From positions 30,069-94,068 of the forward strand of contig JBAYVA010000004.1 in NCBI GenBank assembly GCA_041674805.1: a stretch of DNA of 64,000 bases, written 5' to 3'. Positions 29,003 to 39,480 of this stretch are shown here, in pieces (position 1 is the stretch's first letter; the number at the start of each line of letters is the position of its first letter). Source of the DNA: Candidatus Magasanikiibacteriota bacterium. GTDB lineage: Bacteria; Patescibacteriota; Patescibacteriia; Magasanikbacterales; UBA922. The position numbers were made by a program, and so were the translations under genes. The notes under the pieces were generated by a model that saw only the letters and a program-made list of their open reading frames with translations, had not been told where the DNA came from and made no database searches.

Positions 29003-29959
29003 ATGAACTATTTATCAAAAATTTATGTAGCTGGACATAATGGAATGGTAGGTTCTGCTATTTTGCGTTTACTTGAAAAACAAGGTTATACAAATATTAT
29101 TATACGTACGAGAGAAGAACTTGATCTGACAAATCAGCAATCTGTGGCAGATTTTTTTGCAACAGAAAAACCAGAATATGTGATTCTGGCAGCTGCCAAA
29201 GTGGGGGGAATTATGGCCAACAATACTTACCCAGCAGATTTTCTCTATCAAAATTTACAAATTCAAAATAATGTAATTCACAATGCCTATTTGAGTGGCG
29301 TGAAGAAGTTGTTGTTTCTTGGATCTTCTTGTATTTATCCAAAGAATTGTCCGCAACCCATGAAAGAAGAATATTTATTGACTGGACTTTTGGAAGAGAC
29401 AAACGAACCTTATGCGATTGCCAAGATTGCGGGAATAAAAATGTGTCAAAGTTACAATAGACAATATGGCACAAATTTTATTGCGGTCATGCCGACCAAT
29501 CTTTATGGGGAGAATGATAATTTTGATTTGAATAATTCTCATGTTTTACCAGCTTTACTTCGCAAGTTTCACGAAGCAAAAATAAATAATTTGTCAGAAG
29601 TAGAAGTGTGGGGTACAGGTACACAAAGACGGGAATTTTTGTATGTGGATGATATGACGAAAGCTTGTCTTTTTGTCTTACAAAATTTTAGTCCAACTAA
29701 GGACCAAAATGAAAATGGCGATATATTTTTTAATATTGGGACTGGAATGGATCTTACTATTCTAGAATTAGCAGAAATGATCAAGAAAATAGTTGGTTTT
29801 GAAGGAAATATAGTTTTTGACACTACTAAACCTGATGGAACTTTGCAAAAACTCTTGGATGTAACAAAAATAAATAACTTAGGTTGGAAAGATGAAAGTA
29901 GTCTAGAAGAGGGTATAAAACAGGTTTATGATTGGTATTTGGACCGTATTGACACCTAG
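29003..29959 (+). CDS. fcl: GDP-L-fucose synthase (Fcl/WcaG; ColC-like activity possible)
   Basis: AGHNGMVGSA, AAAKVGGI, LGSSCIYP, YAIAK, PTNLYG, SHVLPAL. Confidence 0.95.
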   Translation: MNYLSKIYVAGHNGMVGSAILRLLEKQGYTNIIIRTREELDLTNQQSVADFFATEKPEYVILAAAKVGGIMANNTYPADFLYQNLQIQNNVIHNAYLSGVKKLLFLGSSCIYPKNCPQPMKEEYLLTGLLEETNEPYAIAKIAGIKMCQSYNRQYGTNFIAVMPTNLYGENDNFDLNNSHVLPALLRKFHEAKINNLSEVEVWGTGTQRREFLYVDDMTKACLFVLQNFSPTKDQNENGDIFFNIGTGMDLTILELAEMIKKIVGFEGNIVFDTTKPDGTLQKLLDVTKINNLGWKDESSLEEGIKQVYDWYLDRIDT

Positions 29960-30062
29960 TGATACCATATGATAAAATTGTTATAGTTGTTTAATCACTA
30001 CGTTTGTTGTAATTTATTTTTTAATTATAACATTTATAATTCTTACAAACATCTATAATATT

Positions 30063-30308
30063 ATGTCTGAAATCAAGCCCAACGAAGTATATACAACTAC
30101 AGAAGCTCAAGATTTACTAAAAATTAGTAGTAGTACCATGAAACGCCTGCTTAAACAAGGTCTTATTCGTGCTAATAAGATTGGTAAACAATACAGAATT
30201 CTTGGTCATGAACTTTTGCGTTTGCTTTCGCCTGTTGTAGACCAAAGGGTCACTGATTTATATCAAAAGGTGAAGATAAAAACAATTGAGAAAATTGATA
30301 AATGGTAG
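30063..30308 (+). CDS. Excisionase-like (HTH_17/BldC-type) DNA-binding protein
   Basis: YTTTEAQDLLKIS..TMKRLLKQGLIRANKIGKQYRI. Confidence 0.85.
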   Translation: MSEIKPNEVYTTTEAQDLLKISSSTMKRLLKQGLIRANKIGKQYRILGHELLRLLSPVVDQRVTDLYQKVKIKTIEKIDKW

Positions 30309-30391
30309 TAGTATTTATTTTTTTATTTAAGTAGCCTTTTGTGTAATAAAAATTATTAGTTTTTAGTTGGAATGATATAATTATAAAAGTT

Positions 30392-32212
30392 ATGAAAAAA
30401 ATAATTCAAAAATTTAATTTTTTATATAAAATTAATGATCTTTTCAATAAAAAAGAAAAAATACATTTTTTATTTGTTTTGATTTTGTCGATTATTTCGT
30501 CTTTATTTCAAGCTTTGGGAATTATTTCTATACTTCCTTTTATGAGTATAATAATGAATTCAGATTTAATATACTCAAATTTTTTTTATTTTTATGTTTA
30601 TAATTTATTTAATTTTACAAGTGAAGGTTCTTATATATTTTTTGTAGGTTTATTTGTTTTATCAATTATTATACTTGGTAATTTAATTTCAGCTTTAAAT
30701 ATTTGGGTTAAAACATCTTTCATTTGGGGTAAAGAGCATAAGTTGTCAGTTTCTTTGTTGAAAAAATATTTGTCTCTCCCTTACATTTATTTTTTGGATA
30801 GAAACACTGCAGATTTGGGGAAAAATATATTGGTTGAAGTTGGAAATCTTATGAATGGTTTTCTTTTTCCATTTTTAAGAATATTATCTGATATAATAAT
30901 GATTTTGGTTATTTTGGCAACTCTTCTTTTTGTTAATTTTAAAATTACTTTAATTGCCTCTGTTGTTTTGATAACAGCTTATGTCATAATATATATTATG
31001 ATTTCTTTTAAATTAAAGAGCAAGGGTGTAGAACGTTTAGAAGAAAATAAAAGACGTTTTGAAACAGCCAATGAGGCATTGGGTGGAATAAAGGATGTAA
31101 AGCTTCTGGGTAGAGAATTATATTTTTTACATAGATTTTCTAAACATTCTCATAAATATTCTCAACTTATTATGTGGAGTGATGTAGTTGGACAAACACC
31201 TCGATATATAATGGAGATCTTTGCCTTTGGTGGAGTTATTACGTTAATTTTGTTTCTGTTTTCTTCTGGTTTTTTGATAAATGAAATTATTCCTTTGGTT
31301 AGTTTTTTTGTTTTTGCTGGTTATCGCTTAATGCCAGCATTGCAAGATGCATTTAATTCTTTTACTGTTTTTCGGTTTAATAAGGTTGTTTTGGACAGTA
31401 TACATAAAGATATGTTGGAGGATGGTATATATAAAGAAAAAAAAATTCTTAATGAAGAAAATTTAAAATCTATGATTTTTGAAAATGAAGTAGCTTTAGA
31501 AAATATTAATTTTCATTATCCTAATACACACAAAAAAGTGTTGAATGGTATAAGTTTAAATATAAAAAAGAAAACCTCTATTGCTATTGTTGGGTCTACT
31601 GGTTCAGGAAAAACAACTTTAGTTGATATTATTTTAGGACTTTTGAGTCCTCAGGAGGGACAAATTAAAATTGATGGTGTAGAAATAAATTATTCTAATA
31701 TTAGAAATTGGCAGGCTAATTTGGGCTATGTTCCACAACAAATATATCTTTCTGATGATACTTTAACTAGAAATATTGCTTTTGGAGTGCCAGATCATTT
31801 GATTGATAATGAACAAGTTAAAATGGTGGCTAAGATGGCTAGTATTGATGATTTTATTGAGAATGATCTTAAGGATTCATATAATACTATTATCGGAGAG
31901 AGGGGGATTAGGTTGAGTGGTGGACAAAGACAAAGAATAGGTATCGCAAGAGCTTTATATAATGATCCTAAAGTTCTTGTATTTGATGAGGCTACTAGTT
32001 CTTTGGATAATGTGACAGAAGACGCCGTACTAGATTCTATAGAAAGAATTTCAAAGTTTAAAACTATGATAATAGTTGCACATAGATTAACAACCATTAA
32101 AAAATGTGATATTGTATATTTATTAGATAAAGGTAAGCTTGTGGCTAGCGGAACCTATGAAGATCTAATAAAGACAAATGATCAATTTAAAATTATGGCA
32201 AAGAAATTTTAA
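30392..32212 (+). CDS. ABC transporter permease/ATPase (PglK/HetA-like glycan flippase)
   Basis: 6 TM plus GSTGSGKTT, LSGGQRQR, DEATSSLD, IVAHRL. Confidence 0.85.
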   Translation: MKKIIQKFNFLYKINDLFNKKEKIHFLFVLILSIISSLFQALGIISILPFMSIIMNSDLIYSNFFYFYVYNLFNFTSEGSYIFFVGLFVLSIIILGNLISALNIWVKTSFIWGKEHKLSVSLLKKYLSLPYIYFLDRNTADLGKNILVEVGNLMNGFLFPFLRILSDIIMILVILATLLFVNFKITLIASVVLITAYVIIYIMISFKLKSKGVERLEENKRRFETANEALGGIKDVKLLGRELYFLHRFSKHSHKYSQLIMWSDVVGQTPRYIMEIFAFGGVITLILFLFSSGFLINEIIPLVSFFVFAGYRLMPALQDAFNSFTVFRFNKVVLDSIHKDMLEDGIYKEKKILNEENLKSMIFENEVALENINFHYPNTHKKVLNGISLNIKKKTSIAIVGSTGSGKTTLVDIILGLLSPQEGQIKIDGVEINYSNIRNWQANLGYVPQQIYLSDDTLTRNIAFGVPDHLIDNEQVKMVAKMASIDDFIENDLKDSYNTIIGERGIRLSGGQRQRIGIARALYNDPKVLVFDEATSSLDNVTEDAVLDSIERISKFKTMIIVAHRLTTIKKCDIVYLLDKGKLVASGTYEDLIKTNDQFKIMAKKF

Positions 32213-32233
32213 AAAATAATTAAAATTAATTTT

Positions 32234-33010
32234 ATGAAAGTAGTTATATTATGTGGTGGTTTAGGAACCCGTTTAAAAGAAGAAACTGAATTTAGACCAA
32301 AGCCGATGGTCCCTATTGGTAATAAACCTATTTTGTGGCATATTATGAAGATATATGCTCACTATGGTTTTAGTGACTTTATTTTAGCTCTTGGTTATAA
32401 AGGTGATACAATCAAGGAGTATTTTAATAACTATGAGTTAATGAATAATGATGTGACTCTTGAGTTAGGTAGACCAGAAAATCGTATAGTTTACCAGAAT
32501 CATAAAGAGATTGGTTGGAAAGTTACTTTGGCTGATACAGGTCAGTATTCTTTAAAAGGAGCTAGACTAAAAAAACTGGAAAAATATATTGAAGATGATG
32601 AATTCATGGTGACTTATGGTGATGGTGTCGCAGATATTAATATTGAAGAGCTTTTAAAATTTCATCGTAGTCATGGAAAGATGGTAACTGTAACTGGTTC
32701 TATTCCTTCATCTCAATTTGGAAAATTAACTATACAAGAAAATGATACTGTGAATTTTAATGAAAAACCAAAAGCTGATTCATATATAAATGGTGGTTTT
32801 TTTGTTTTTAATAGATCAATTTTTGAATATCTTACGACTGAAGATAGTTGTGATTTAGAATATGGGGTTTTAGAAAAACTTTCCCAATCTGGTGAAATTA
32901 AAGTTTATAAGCATAATAATTTTTGGGCGAACATGGATACCTTTAGAGATATGGAATATTTGAATAAATTATGGAATGAAGGTAATGCAAAATGGAAAAT
33001 TTGGAGTTGA
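32234..33010 (+). CDS. rfbF: Glucose-1-phosphate cytidylyltransferase
   Basis: ILCGGLGTRL.EET..RPKPM, TYGDGV, INGGFFV, MDT.RD. Confidence 0.93.
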   Translation: MKVVILCGGLGTRLKEETEFRPKPMVPIGNKPILWHIMKIYAHYGFSDFILALGYKGDTIKEYFNNYELMNNDVTLELGRPENRIVYQNHKEIGWKVTLADTGQYSLKGARLKKLEKYIEDDEFMVTYGDGVADINIEELLKFHRSHGKMVTVTGSIPSSQFGKLTIQENDTVNFNEKPKADSYINGGFFVFNRSIFEYLTTEDSCDLEYGVLEKLSQSGEIKVYKHNNFWANMDTFRDMEYLNKLWNEGNAKWKIWS

Positions 33011-33038
33011 AAAATGAGAAAATTAAAATGGCAAAAAT

Positions 33039-34091
33039 ATGGAAAATATTAAAAAAAGTTTTAAAAATAAAAAAATCCTAGTCACAGGTCATACTGGTTT
33101 TAAAGGATCCTGGCTTTCTCTTTGGCTCAAAGAACTAGGGGCGGATGTTAGTGGTTATTCTTTGCCACCAAAAAATAATCCTAATCTTTATTCTATTTTA
33201 AATTTAGATTTACCTGAAACTTTAGCTGATATTAATGATAAAAATTCTTTGTCTAGACATTTACAAAAGTATAAACCAGAAATAATTTTTCATTTAGCCG
33301 CACAACCTTTGGTTAGAGAGTCTTACAATGATCCTGTTGGTACTTTTCAGACAAATATTGCTGGTGTTTGGAATTTATTAGACTTGATTAAAAAAACTCC
33401 AAGTGTTAAAGTAGTTGTCGTAGTTACTACTGACAAATGTTACAAAAATAATGAAAATGGTGTTCCCTTTGTTGAAACGGATCCTTTGGGGGGGTATGAC
33501 CCCTACTCAGCCTCTAAAGCTTGTGTTGAAATAATTTGTGAGTCATGGAAATCATCATTTTTATCGGAACAAGGTGATCCTGTATTAGCTACTGTAAGAG
33601 CCGGTAATGTTATAGGTGGAGGAGATTGGTCTACTGATAGATTAATTCCTGATTGTATTAGATCTTTTATTTCCAATGAGTTTGTTAACATTAGATATCC
33701 AAATTCTGTAAGACCTTGGCAACATGTTTTAGAAGCTTTGTATGGATATATTATTTTAGCAGAAAAACTCTATAATTTTGGTAATAAATATTCTGGTGCT
33801 TGGAATTTTGGACCAAATATGGAAAATCAAGCAACAGTTGGTGATGTTGTTTCTATTGCTTCTGAATTATGGGGTACAAAAAACGTTTTTAAAAAACAAT
33901 CAATAAATAATCTTCATGAAGTTGAATTGCTTAGGTTGGACATTACTAAAGCTACTAAGGAATTAGATTGGAGACCACGTTGGGACATTAATCAGACATT
34001 ATCTGAAACAGTAGAATGGTATAAAAAATGGCATCAAGGTGATGACATGTTAATATATACAATAAATCAAATAAAAAAATATGGAATGTAA
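33039..34091 (+). CDS. rfbG: CDP-glucose 4,6-dehydratase
   Basis: TGHTGFKGSWL, HLAAQPLVR, TTDKCY, YSASK, RAGNVIGGGDW, RPWQHVLE. Confidence 0.95.
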   Translation: MENIKKSFKNKKILVTGHTGFKGSWLSLWLKELGADVSGYSLPPKNNPNLYSILNLDLPETLADINDKNSLSRHLQKYKPEIIFHLAAQPLVRESYNDPVGTFQTNIAGVWNLLDLIKKTPSVKVVVVVTTDKCYKNNENGVPFVETDPLGGYDPYSASKACVEIICESWKSSFLSEQGDPVLATVRAGNVIGGGDWSTDRLIPDCIRSFISNEFVNIRYPNSVRPWQHVLEALYGYIILAEKLYNFGNKYSGAWNFGPNMENQATVGDVVSIASELWGTKNVFKKQSINNLHEVELLRLDITKATKELDWRPRWDINQTLSETVEWYKKWHQGDDMLIYTINQIKKYGM

Positions 34092-35292
34092 ATCTTGCAA
34101 GTCATTAATAATTGAATTTTTTTCTTTAGGCCAAATGCCTTTAGTTAATTCTTTTTTGAAAAAAGATGAGTTGTCTACAGAAGAAAAATTTGATTTGAGA
34201 GTTGGCTTTTGTACAAAGTGTTATCTTGTTCAATTAATTACGGTAGTACCTCCTGAAAGGTTGTTTAGAGATTATGTTTATTTTTCTTCTACGTCTAAGT
34301 CTTTTTTAGAACATTGTCAAGAAACTTCTGAATATTTAACAAAAAGATTGGGTTTGAATTCTAAAAGTTTAGTAATGGAGATAGCTAGTAATGATGGATC
34401 TCAATTAAAGTTTTTTAAAAATTTAGGTATTTCAATATTAGGAGTTGATCCTGCTATTAATATCTCAGAGATAGCAAATAAAAATGGGATCCCTACAATT
34501 CCAGAATTTTTTAATTATAATTTTGCTAAAAAATTAAAAGAAAATGATGGGATAGAAGCGGATCTAATTCTTGGAGCAAATGTTTTGGCACATGTACCTG
34601 AAATAGTTGATTTTGTTAAAGGTGTTAAGATTATTTTGAAACAAAATGGTACAGCTGTATTTGAGTTTCCTTATTTAAAGGGTTTGATAGAAAAAAAATT
34701 TGATACTATTTATCATGAACATGTTTATTATTATTCTCTAATAGCTTTAATAAATCTTTTTAATCAAGCTGATTTGGAAATTTATGATGTAGAAATAACC
34801 TCTATGCAAGGAGGATCCCTAGAAATTTTTGTTTCACATCCTGGTAGTTATAAAATAAGTAGTAATATTAAGAATTTAGTTGATAAAGAATTTGAATTTG
34901 GATTTGATAAAATTGAAACATATCAAAAAATAAACAGTGATGTTAAAAGTTTAAAAAAAGATCTTGTTTCTTTTCTTGATAAATTAAAAAAAGAAGGTCA
35001 TAAAATAGCTGCTTATAGTGCTCCAGCTAAAGGTAATATTCTTTTGAATTATTTTGGTATCAATAATAATTATATTGATTTCATAGTAGATAAATCGATA
35101 GCTAAACAGGGTTTATTCACACCTGGTACTCATTTAATGGTTTACTCACCTGAAAAAATTTATCAAGATAAACCAGATTATCTTTTAATTTTGTGTTGGA
35201 ACATAGCTGATGAAGTAATAGAACAATTAAATGAATATCAAAAAACTGGAGGTAAATTTATTATTCCAATACCAGATATAAAAGTAATATGA
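34081..35292 (+). CDS. NDP-hexose C-methyltransferase
   Basis: N-terminal Zn-binding CxxC..CxxC, EIASNDG, NVLAHVP, FDTIYHEH, SAPAKGN. Confidence 0.88.
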   Translation: MECKSCKSLIIEFFSLGQMPLVNSFLKKDELSTEEKFDLRVGFCTKCYLVQLITVVPPERLFRDYVYFSSTSKSFLEHCQETSEYLTKRLGLNSKSLVMEIASNDGSQLKFFKNLGISILGVDPAINISEIANKNGIPTIPEFFNYNFAKKLKENDGIEADLILGANVLAHVPEIVDFVKGVKIILKQNGTAVFEFPYLKGLIEKKFDTIYHEHVYYYSLIALINLFNQADLEIYDVEITSMQGGSLEIFVSHPGSYKISSNIKNLVDKEFEFGFDKIETYQKINSDVKSLKKDLVSFLDKLKKEGHKIAAYSAPAKGNILLNYFGINNNYIDFIVDKSIAKQGLFTPGTHLMVYSPEKIYQDKPDYLLILCWNIADEVIEQLNEYQKTGGKFIIPIPDIKVI

Positions 35293-35822
35293 AGTTCAAA
35301 GAGACTAAATTAAAAGGTCTTTATATTATTGAGCCTGAACTTAAAATTGATGAAAGGGGCTATTTTATGAGGACTTTCTGTATAGAAGAATTAAAGAAAA
35401 ATGATCTACAATTTACAGTTACACAAGTAAATCAAACCTTAACAAAAAAAAAGGGGACTATTCGTGGAATGCATTTTCAAAAATCATCAAAAGCGGAAGA
35501 TAAAATTGTTCAATGTTTGCGAGGTGCTATATATGATGTTGCTATTGATTTGCGTGAAGATTCAATAACTTATGGTCAGTGGGTTGCTGAAGAATTAACA
35601 GAAAATAATAAAAAATTGTTTTTAATACCTAAAGGTTTTGCTCATGGTTTCCAAACATTAACTGATAATTGTGAACTTCAATATTTTATGTCGGAATACT
35701 ACTCACCGGAGTATGCATCTGGTGTACTTTGGAACGACCCACTTTTTGATATATCATGGCCAATAAAAAAAATATTTCTTTCAGAAAAAGATAAAAAGTG
35801 GAATTTATTAAAAAAAGTATGA
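35289..35822 (+). CDS. rfbC: NDP-4-keto-6-deoxyglucose 3,5-epimerase
   Basis: DERGYF, RGMHFQ, DVAIDLR, PKGFAHGFQTL. Confidence 0.9.
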   Translation: MKFKETKLKGLYIIEPELKIDERGYFMRTFCIEELKKNDLQFTVTQVNQTLTKKKGTIRGMHFQKSSKAEDKIVQCLRGAIYDVAIDLREDSITYGQWVAEELTENNKKLFLIPKGFAHGFQTLTDNCELQYFMSEYYSPEYASGVLWNDPLFDISWPIKKIFLSEKDKKWNLLKKV

Positions 35823-36691
35823 AAAGAATTTTATTGATAGGAAAATTTGGACAATTAGCTACTGAAATTATAAAACATTCTGTTTATTTTGATTTTGATG
35901 TTGTGAGTTTTAGTAAAGAGGAACTAGATGTCAGTGACATAATTCAAGTTGAAAAAAAAATAATTGAAATTAAACCAGATATATTAATTAACACTTCTGC
36001 CTATCATGTGGTAACAAATTGTGAAGAAAATCCAGCAGTTGCCATGGAAATTAATTTTATTGCTGTGAGAAATTTAGCTAAAATTTGTTTAGATCAAAAT
36101 ATTACCTTTGTTACTTATAGTACGGATTATGTTTTTGATGGCAAAAAAAAAGTACCTTATGAAGAAAATGATAGAACAAACCCACTTCAAACATATGGAT
36201 TTTCTAAACTTGCAGGGGAATATGCTGCTTTAAAAACTCATCCTGATAAAACATTTGTTATTAGAACTAGTGGTGTTTATGGAGGAAAAAATGGTAGTCA
36301 TGAAAAAAAAGGTAATTTTGTTTTAAATATTATTAAAGAGTTACAAGATAAAAATATTATTGAAGTTAGTTCTGAACAATTTGTTAGTCCTACTTATGCT
36401 GTTGATTTGAGTATTTCTACTTTAAAATTATTAAATAGTAATGCTGAAGCTGGTATATACCATTTGGTTAATGAAGGATTGTGTAGTTGGTATGAGTTTG
36501 CACAAGAAATTATTAAATTGTCTAAAATAAATAAAAAAATAAAACCTGTTGATAGAGGTGGCTTAACTAAAAAAATGAAACGTCCTAAATTTTCAGCTTT
36601 AAAAAATAGTAAAGCTAAGTCATTAGGTATAGAATTACCTCCTTGGCAGGAAGGTTTAAAAAAATATTTATATGATTTGTCCAATTTGTAA
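35819..36691 (+). CDS. rfbD: NDP-4-dehydrorhamnose reductase
   Basis: GKFGQL, STDYVFDG, YGFSKLAGE, SPTY; ATG at 35819 overlaps the rfbC stop. Confidence 0.9.
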   Translation: MKRILLIGKFGQLATEIIKHSVYFDFDVVSFSKEELDVSDIIQVEKKIIEIKPDILINTSAYHVVTNCEENPAVAMEINFIAVRNLAKICLDQNITFVTYSTDYVFDGKKKVPYEENDRTNPLQTYGFSKLAGEYAALKTHPDKTFVIRTSGVYGGKNGSHEKKGNFVLNIIKELQDKNIIEVSSEQFVSPTYAVDLSISTLKLLNSNAEAGIYHLVNEGLCSWYEFAQEIIKLSKINKKIKPVDRGGLTKKMKRPKFSALKNSKAKSLGIELPPWQEGLKKYLYDLSNL

Positions 36692-37793
36692 AGATACTAA
36701 TCCACAATTTATTTTTAATTTTTTTGATAGTCCTGCAATGCAAAATAAATTGCACGTTACTCTTGAGAGTGCTTTGATGGAAGAAAAAGTTTCTGTTAAT
36801 CTTTATGGGTGTAATGAATGTGGTTTTGTTTTTAATGCGGATTTTATTGATAAAAAAACGGAATATTCTTCAATTTATGATAATACACAAGATGATTCTA
36901 TTTATTTTCAATCTTATTTGATTAAACTTGCAGAAAGACTTGATAAAAAATATCAGTTATTTGATAAAAAAGTGGTTGAAGTAGGATGCGGAAAGGGGCA
37001 TTTTATCAAAATTATTTATGATTTGGGTGTAAAAAATATTAGAGGCTATGACCCTTCATATATTGATTATAATAAAAATATTGATAGATTAGTAATAAAA
37101 AAATTTTTTGATGATAAAAATGTCGATGAAAAAGTTGATTTTATTATTTGTAGGCATGTTTTAGAACATATTAAAAATCCAGATTTGTTTGTATTCTCTA
37201 TTGAAAAATGTTTGAATGTTGGAGGTTCTATGTATTTTGAATTTCCTTCTTTAGAGTGGATTGTTAAAAATGAAGTTTTTTTTGATTTTTTTTATGAACA
37301 TTGTAATTATTTTTCAAAGAGATCATTATCTTTTTTGTTTAATAAAATAGGATTGGGTAATATAGTTTTTAACTATGGGCTTGATGGACAATATTTTCAA
37401 CTTGATATTAGCCGTGGAAAATGTAGTGACTTAAAATTATTAGATTTGATTAATTTTGATGATATTTCTAATTTTTTATCTAATAAGATAAATGAATATA
37501 AAAAAATGGTTGAAGAAATGGGTACTTTTATTGTATGGGGTGCTGGGGCAAAAGGGGTTACATTTCTTAATAGGCTAAATATTTCTGTTGAAAAATGTCA
37601 GTATGTTATAGATATTAATTTAAATAAACAGAATAAGTTTATTCCTATAACAGGTCAAGAAATAGTTTCACCTAAGATTCTTAAAAAAATAGATGTTAAT
37701 ACTATTATTGTTATGAATCCTGTATATGAAGAGGAAATTAAAAAAATGGCATCTTCTTTTGGTTATAATGGAAAATTTATTTTATTGCATTAG
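36672..37793 (+). CDS. Second sugar C-methyltransferase-like SAM enzyme
   Basis: CPIC..CNEC, EVGCGKG, RHVLEHI, YEHCNYF, WGAGAKG. Confidence 0.8.
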   Translation: MICPICKDTNPQFIFNFFDSPAMQNKLHVTLESALMEEKVSVNLYGCNECGFVFNADFIDKKTEYSSIYDNTQDDSIYFQSYLIKLAERLDKKYQLFDKKVVEVGCGKGHFIKIIYDLGVKNIRGYDPSYIDYNKNIDRLVIKKFFDDKNVDEKVDFIICRHVLEHIKNPDLFVFSIEKCLNVGGSMYFEFPSLEWIVKNEVFFDFFYEHCNYFSKRSLSFLFNKIGLGNIVFNYGLDGQYFQLDISRGKCSDLKLLDLINFDDISNFLSNKINEYKKMVEEMGTFIVWGAGAKGVTFLNRLNISVEKCQYVIDINLNKQNKFIPITGQEIVSPKILKKIDVNTIIVMNPVYEEEIKKMASSFGYNGKFILLH

Positions 37794-37847
37794 TTAATAT
37801 TTTTTTTATATTAAATAAGTTGAATTATTAATAATAATTTTTAAATT

Positions 37848-38603
37848 ATGAATAACGATCAGTTGGAAAAATTTAAAGATGAATCATCTAAAAGGATTTT
37901 ATCTTATGAAAATAATCATAGTTTACAAGAGTCTCGTAAAATATTGTTTGAAGAGATGAATAAAGTAAAATATTTTTATAATTTTTTTTGGCTAGGTGTT
38001 CCAATTATTCAATCACCTCAAGATATGCAAGCTTGGCAAGAAATTGTTTGGGAAGTTAAACCTGATTTAATTATAGAAACAGGGATTGCTTGGGGTGGTT
38101 CAATTCTTTTTAGTGCTTCTTTATTAAAATTGTTAGAAGTTTGTGGTGAAATAGAGAATGGTGAAGTTATTGGAATTGACATTGATATTCGTTCTCACAC
38201 TAAAGATATTATTAATAATCACCCAATGAGTAAATGTATTACTATGTTTGAGGGATCAAGTGTAGATAATAAAATTCTAGAAAAAATTAAACATATTGCT
38301 GGCAGCAAAAAGAGAATTTTAATTATGTTGGATAGTAATCATACACATGAACATGTTTTGGCAGAACTTAAAACTTATGCACCTTTAGTTAGTTTAGGAA
38401 GTTATATCATAGCTCAGGATACTATAGTTGAAGATTTGTCAGATGATTGTGTGGTTGATCGCCCTTGGTGTAAAGGTAATAATCCTAAAACTGCAGTTTT
38501 TGAATTTTTAAAGAATAATAGTGATTTTGAAATAGATAAAAATATTGAATCAAAAATTATGTTAACAAATTCTCCTGATGGGTTTTTAAAGAGAATAAAG
38601 TAA
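37848..38603 (+). CDS. CmcI (cephalosporin hydroxylase) family, probable sugar O-methyltransferase
   Basis: WLGVPIIQ.PQD, KPDLIIETGIA.GGS, LDSNHTHEHV. Confidence 0.85.
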   Translation: MNNDQLEKFKDESSKRILSYENNHSLQESRKILFEEMNKVKYFYNFFWLGVPIIQSPQDMQAWQEIVWEVKPDLIIETGIAWGGSILFSASLLKLLEVCGEIENGEVIGIDIDIRSHTKDIINNHPMSKCITMFEGSSVDNKILEKIKHIAGSKKRILIMLDSNHTHEHVLAELKTYAPLVSLGSYIIAQDTIVEDLSDDCVVDRPWCKGNNPKTAVFEFLKNNSDFEIDKNIESKIMLTNSPDGFLKRIK

Positions 38604-38604
38604 T

Positions 38605-39468
38605 ATGGAAGAAAAAAGTCAAAAGTTAGTTAGTGTAGGAATTCCAACTTATAATAGACCTGAAGGGTTGAAAAGAGTATTGGAATGTATAACTAATCAG
38701 TCTTACAAAAATTTAGAAATTATTGTTTCTGATAATTGTTCTTCTTACTCGGAAGTTGTAGAAGTTCTTCTTGAATTTTCTGCAAAAGATAAAAGAATTA
38801 AATACTTTATTCAAAAAGAAAATAAAGGTGTTTCTTTTAATTTTGATTTTGTTCTTAAAAAAGCAACTGGTGAATATTTTATGTGGGCATCAGATGATGA
38901 TGAATGGGAAAATAATTTTATTGAAGTATGCGTTAATTTGTTGGAAGAAAATAAAAATGCAGGAGTAGCTTTTTCTAACATTGTTAATATAGATTCTTTT
39001 AACCATATTGTAAGAACATATCCGTCTTTTAAAAAGTTTACTATTAAAAATAATTTTTTTAGAATAATAAAATACGTATTGGATCCAGAAATATTAGGAA
39101 AGGCCAATATTATTTATGGTCTTTACAGAATAGATGTATGTAAAATGGCATGGAATATTTGCCCTTTAAATGAAAAATGGGGGTCTGATATGGCGTTTGT
39201 ATTAGCCACACTTAGCCGCTTTCATATGTGTATTGATGATAGAATTCTTTTTAAGAAAAGAATAGTAAAAGATTCTGAAGATAAAAACTATGCTTCTAAG
39301 ATTAATATTTTGCATCCATGGCGAAGTATTTTCCCTTTTGATAAGTTTATTGAATATACAGTAGAAATGAAAAAAGGCGTTAGTGGAACCAAGTACTCGT
39401 TTTTAGTTGTTTTTTTATTATTAATTCGTTTGCCTCAATCATTTTTAAACAAGTATTTGGGGAGTTAA
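38605..39468 (+). CDS. Glycosyltransferase family 2
   Basis: VSVGIPTYNR, SDNCS, WASDDD. Confidence 0.9.
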   Translation: MEEKSQKLVSVGIPTYNRPEGLKRVLECITNQSYKNLEIIVSDNCSSYSEVVEVLLEFSAKDKRIKYFIQKENKGVSFNFDFVLKKATGEYFMWASDDDEWENNFIEVCVNLLEENKNAGVAFSNIVNIDSFNHIVRTYPSFKKFTIKNNFFRIIKYVLDPEILGKANIIYGLYRIDVCKMAWNICPLNEKWGSDMAFVLATLSRFHMCIDDRILFKKRIVKDSEDKNYASKINILHPWRSIFPFDKFIEYTVEMKKGVSGTKYSFLVVFLLLIRLPQSFLNKYLGS

Positions 39469-39480
39469 TTTATAGAAAAT

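Noticed and set aside
30063-30308. Prophage or ICE boundary
   Set aside because: No integrase, att repeat or phage genes nearby.
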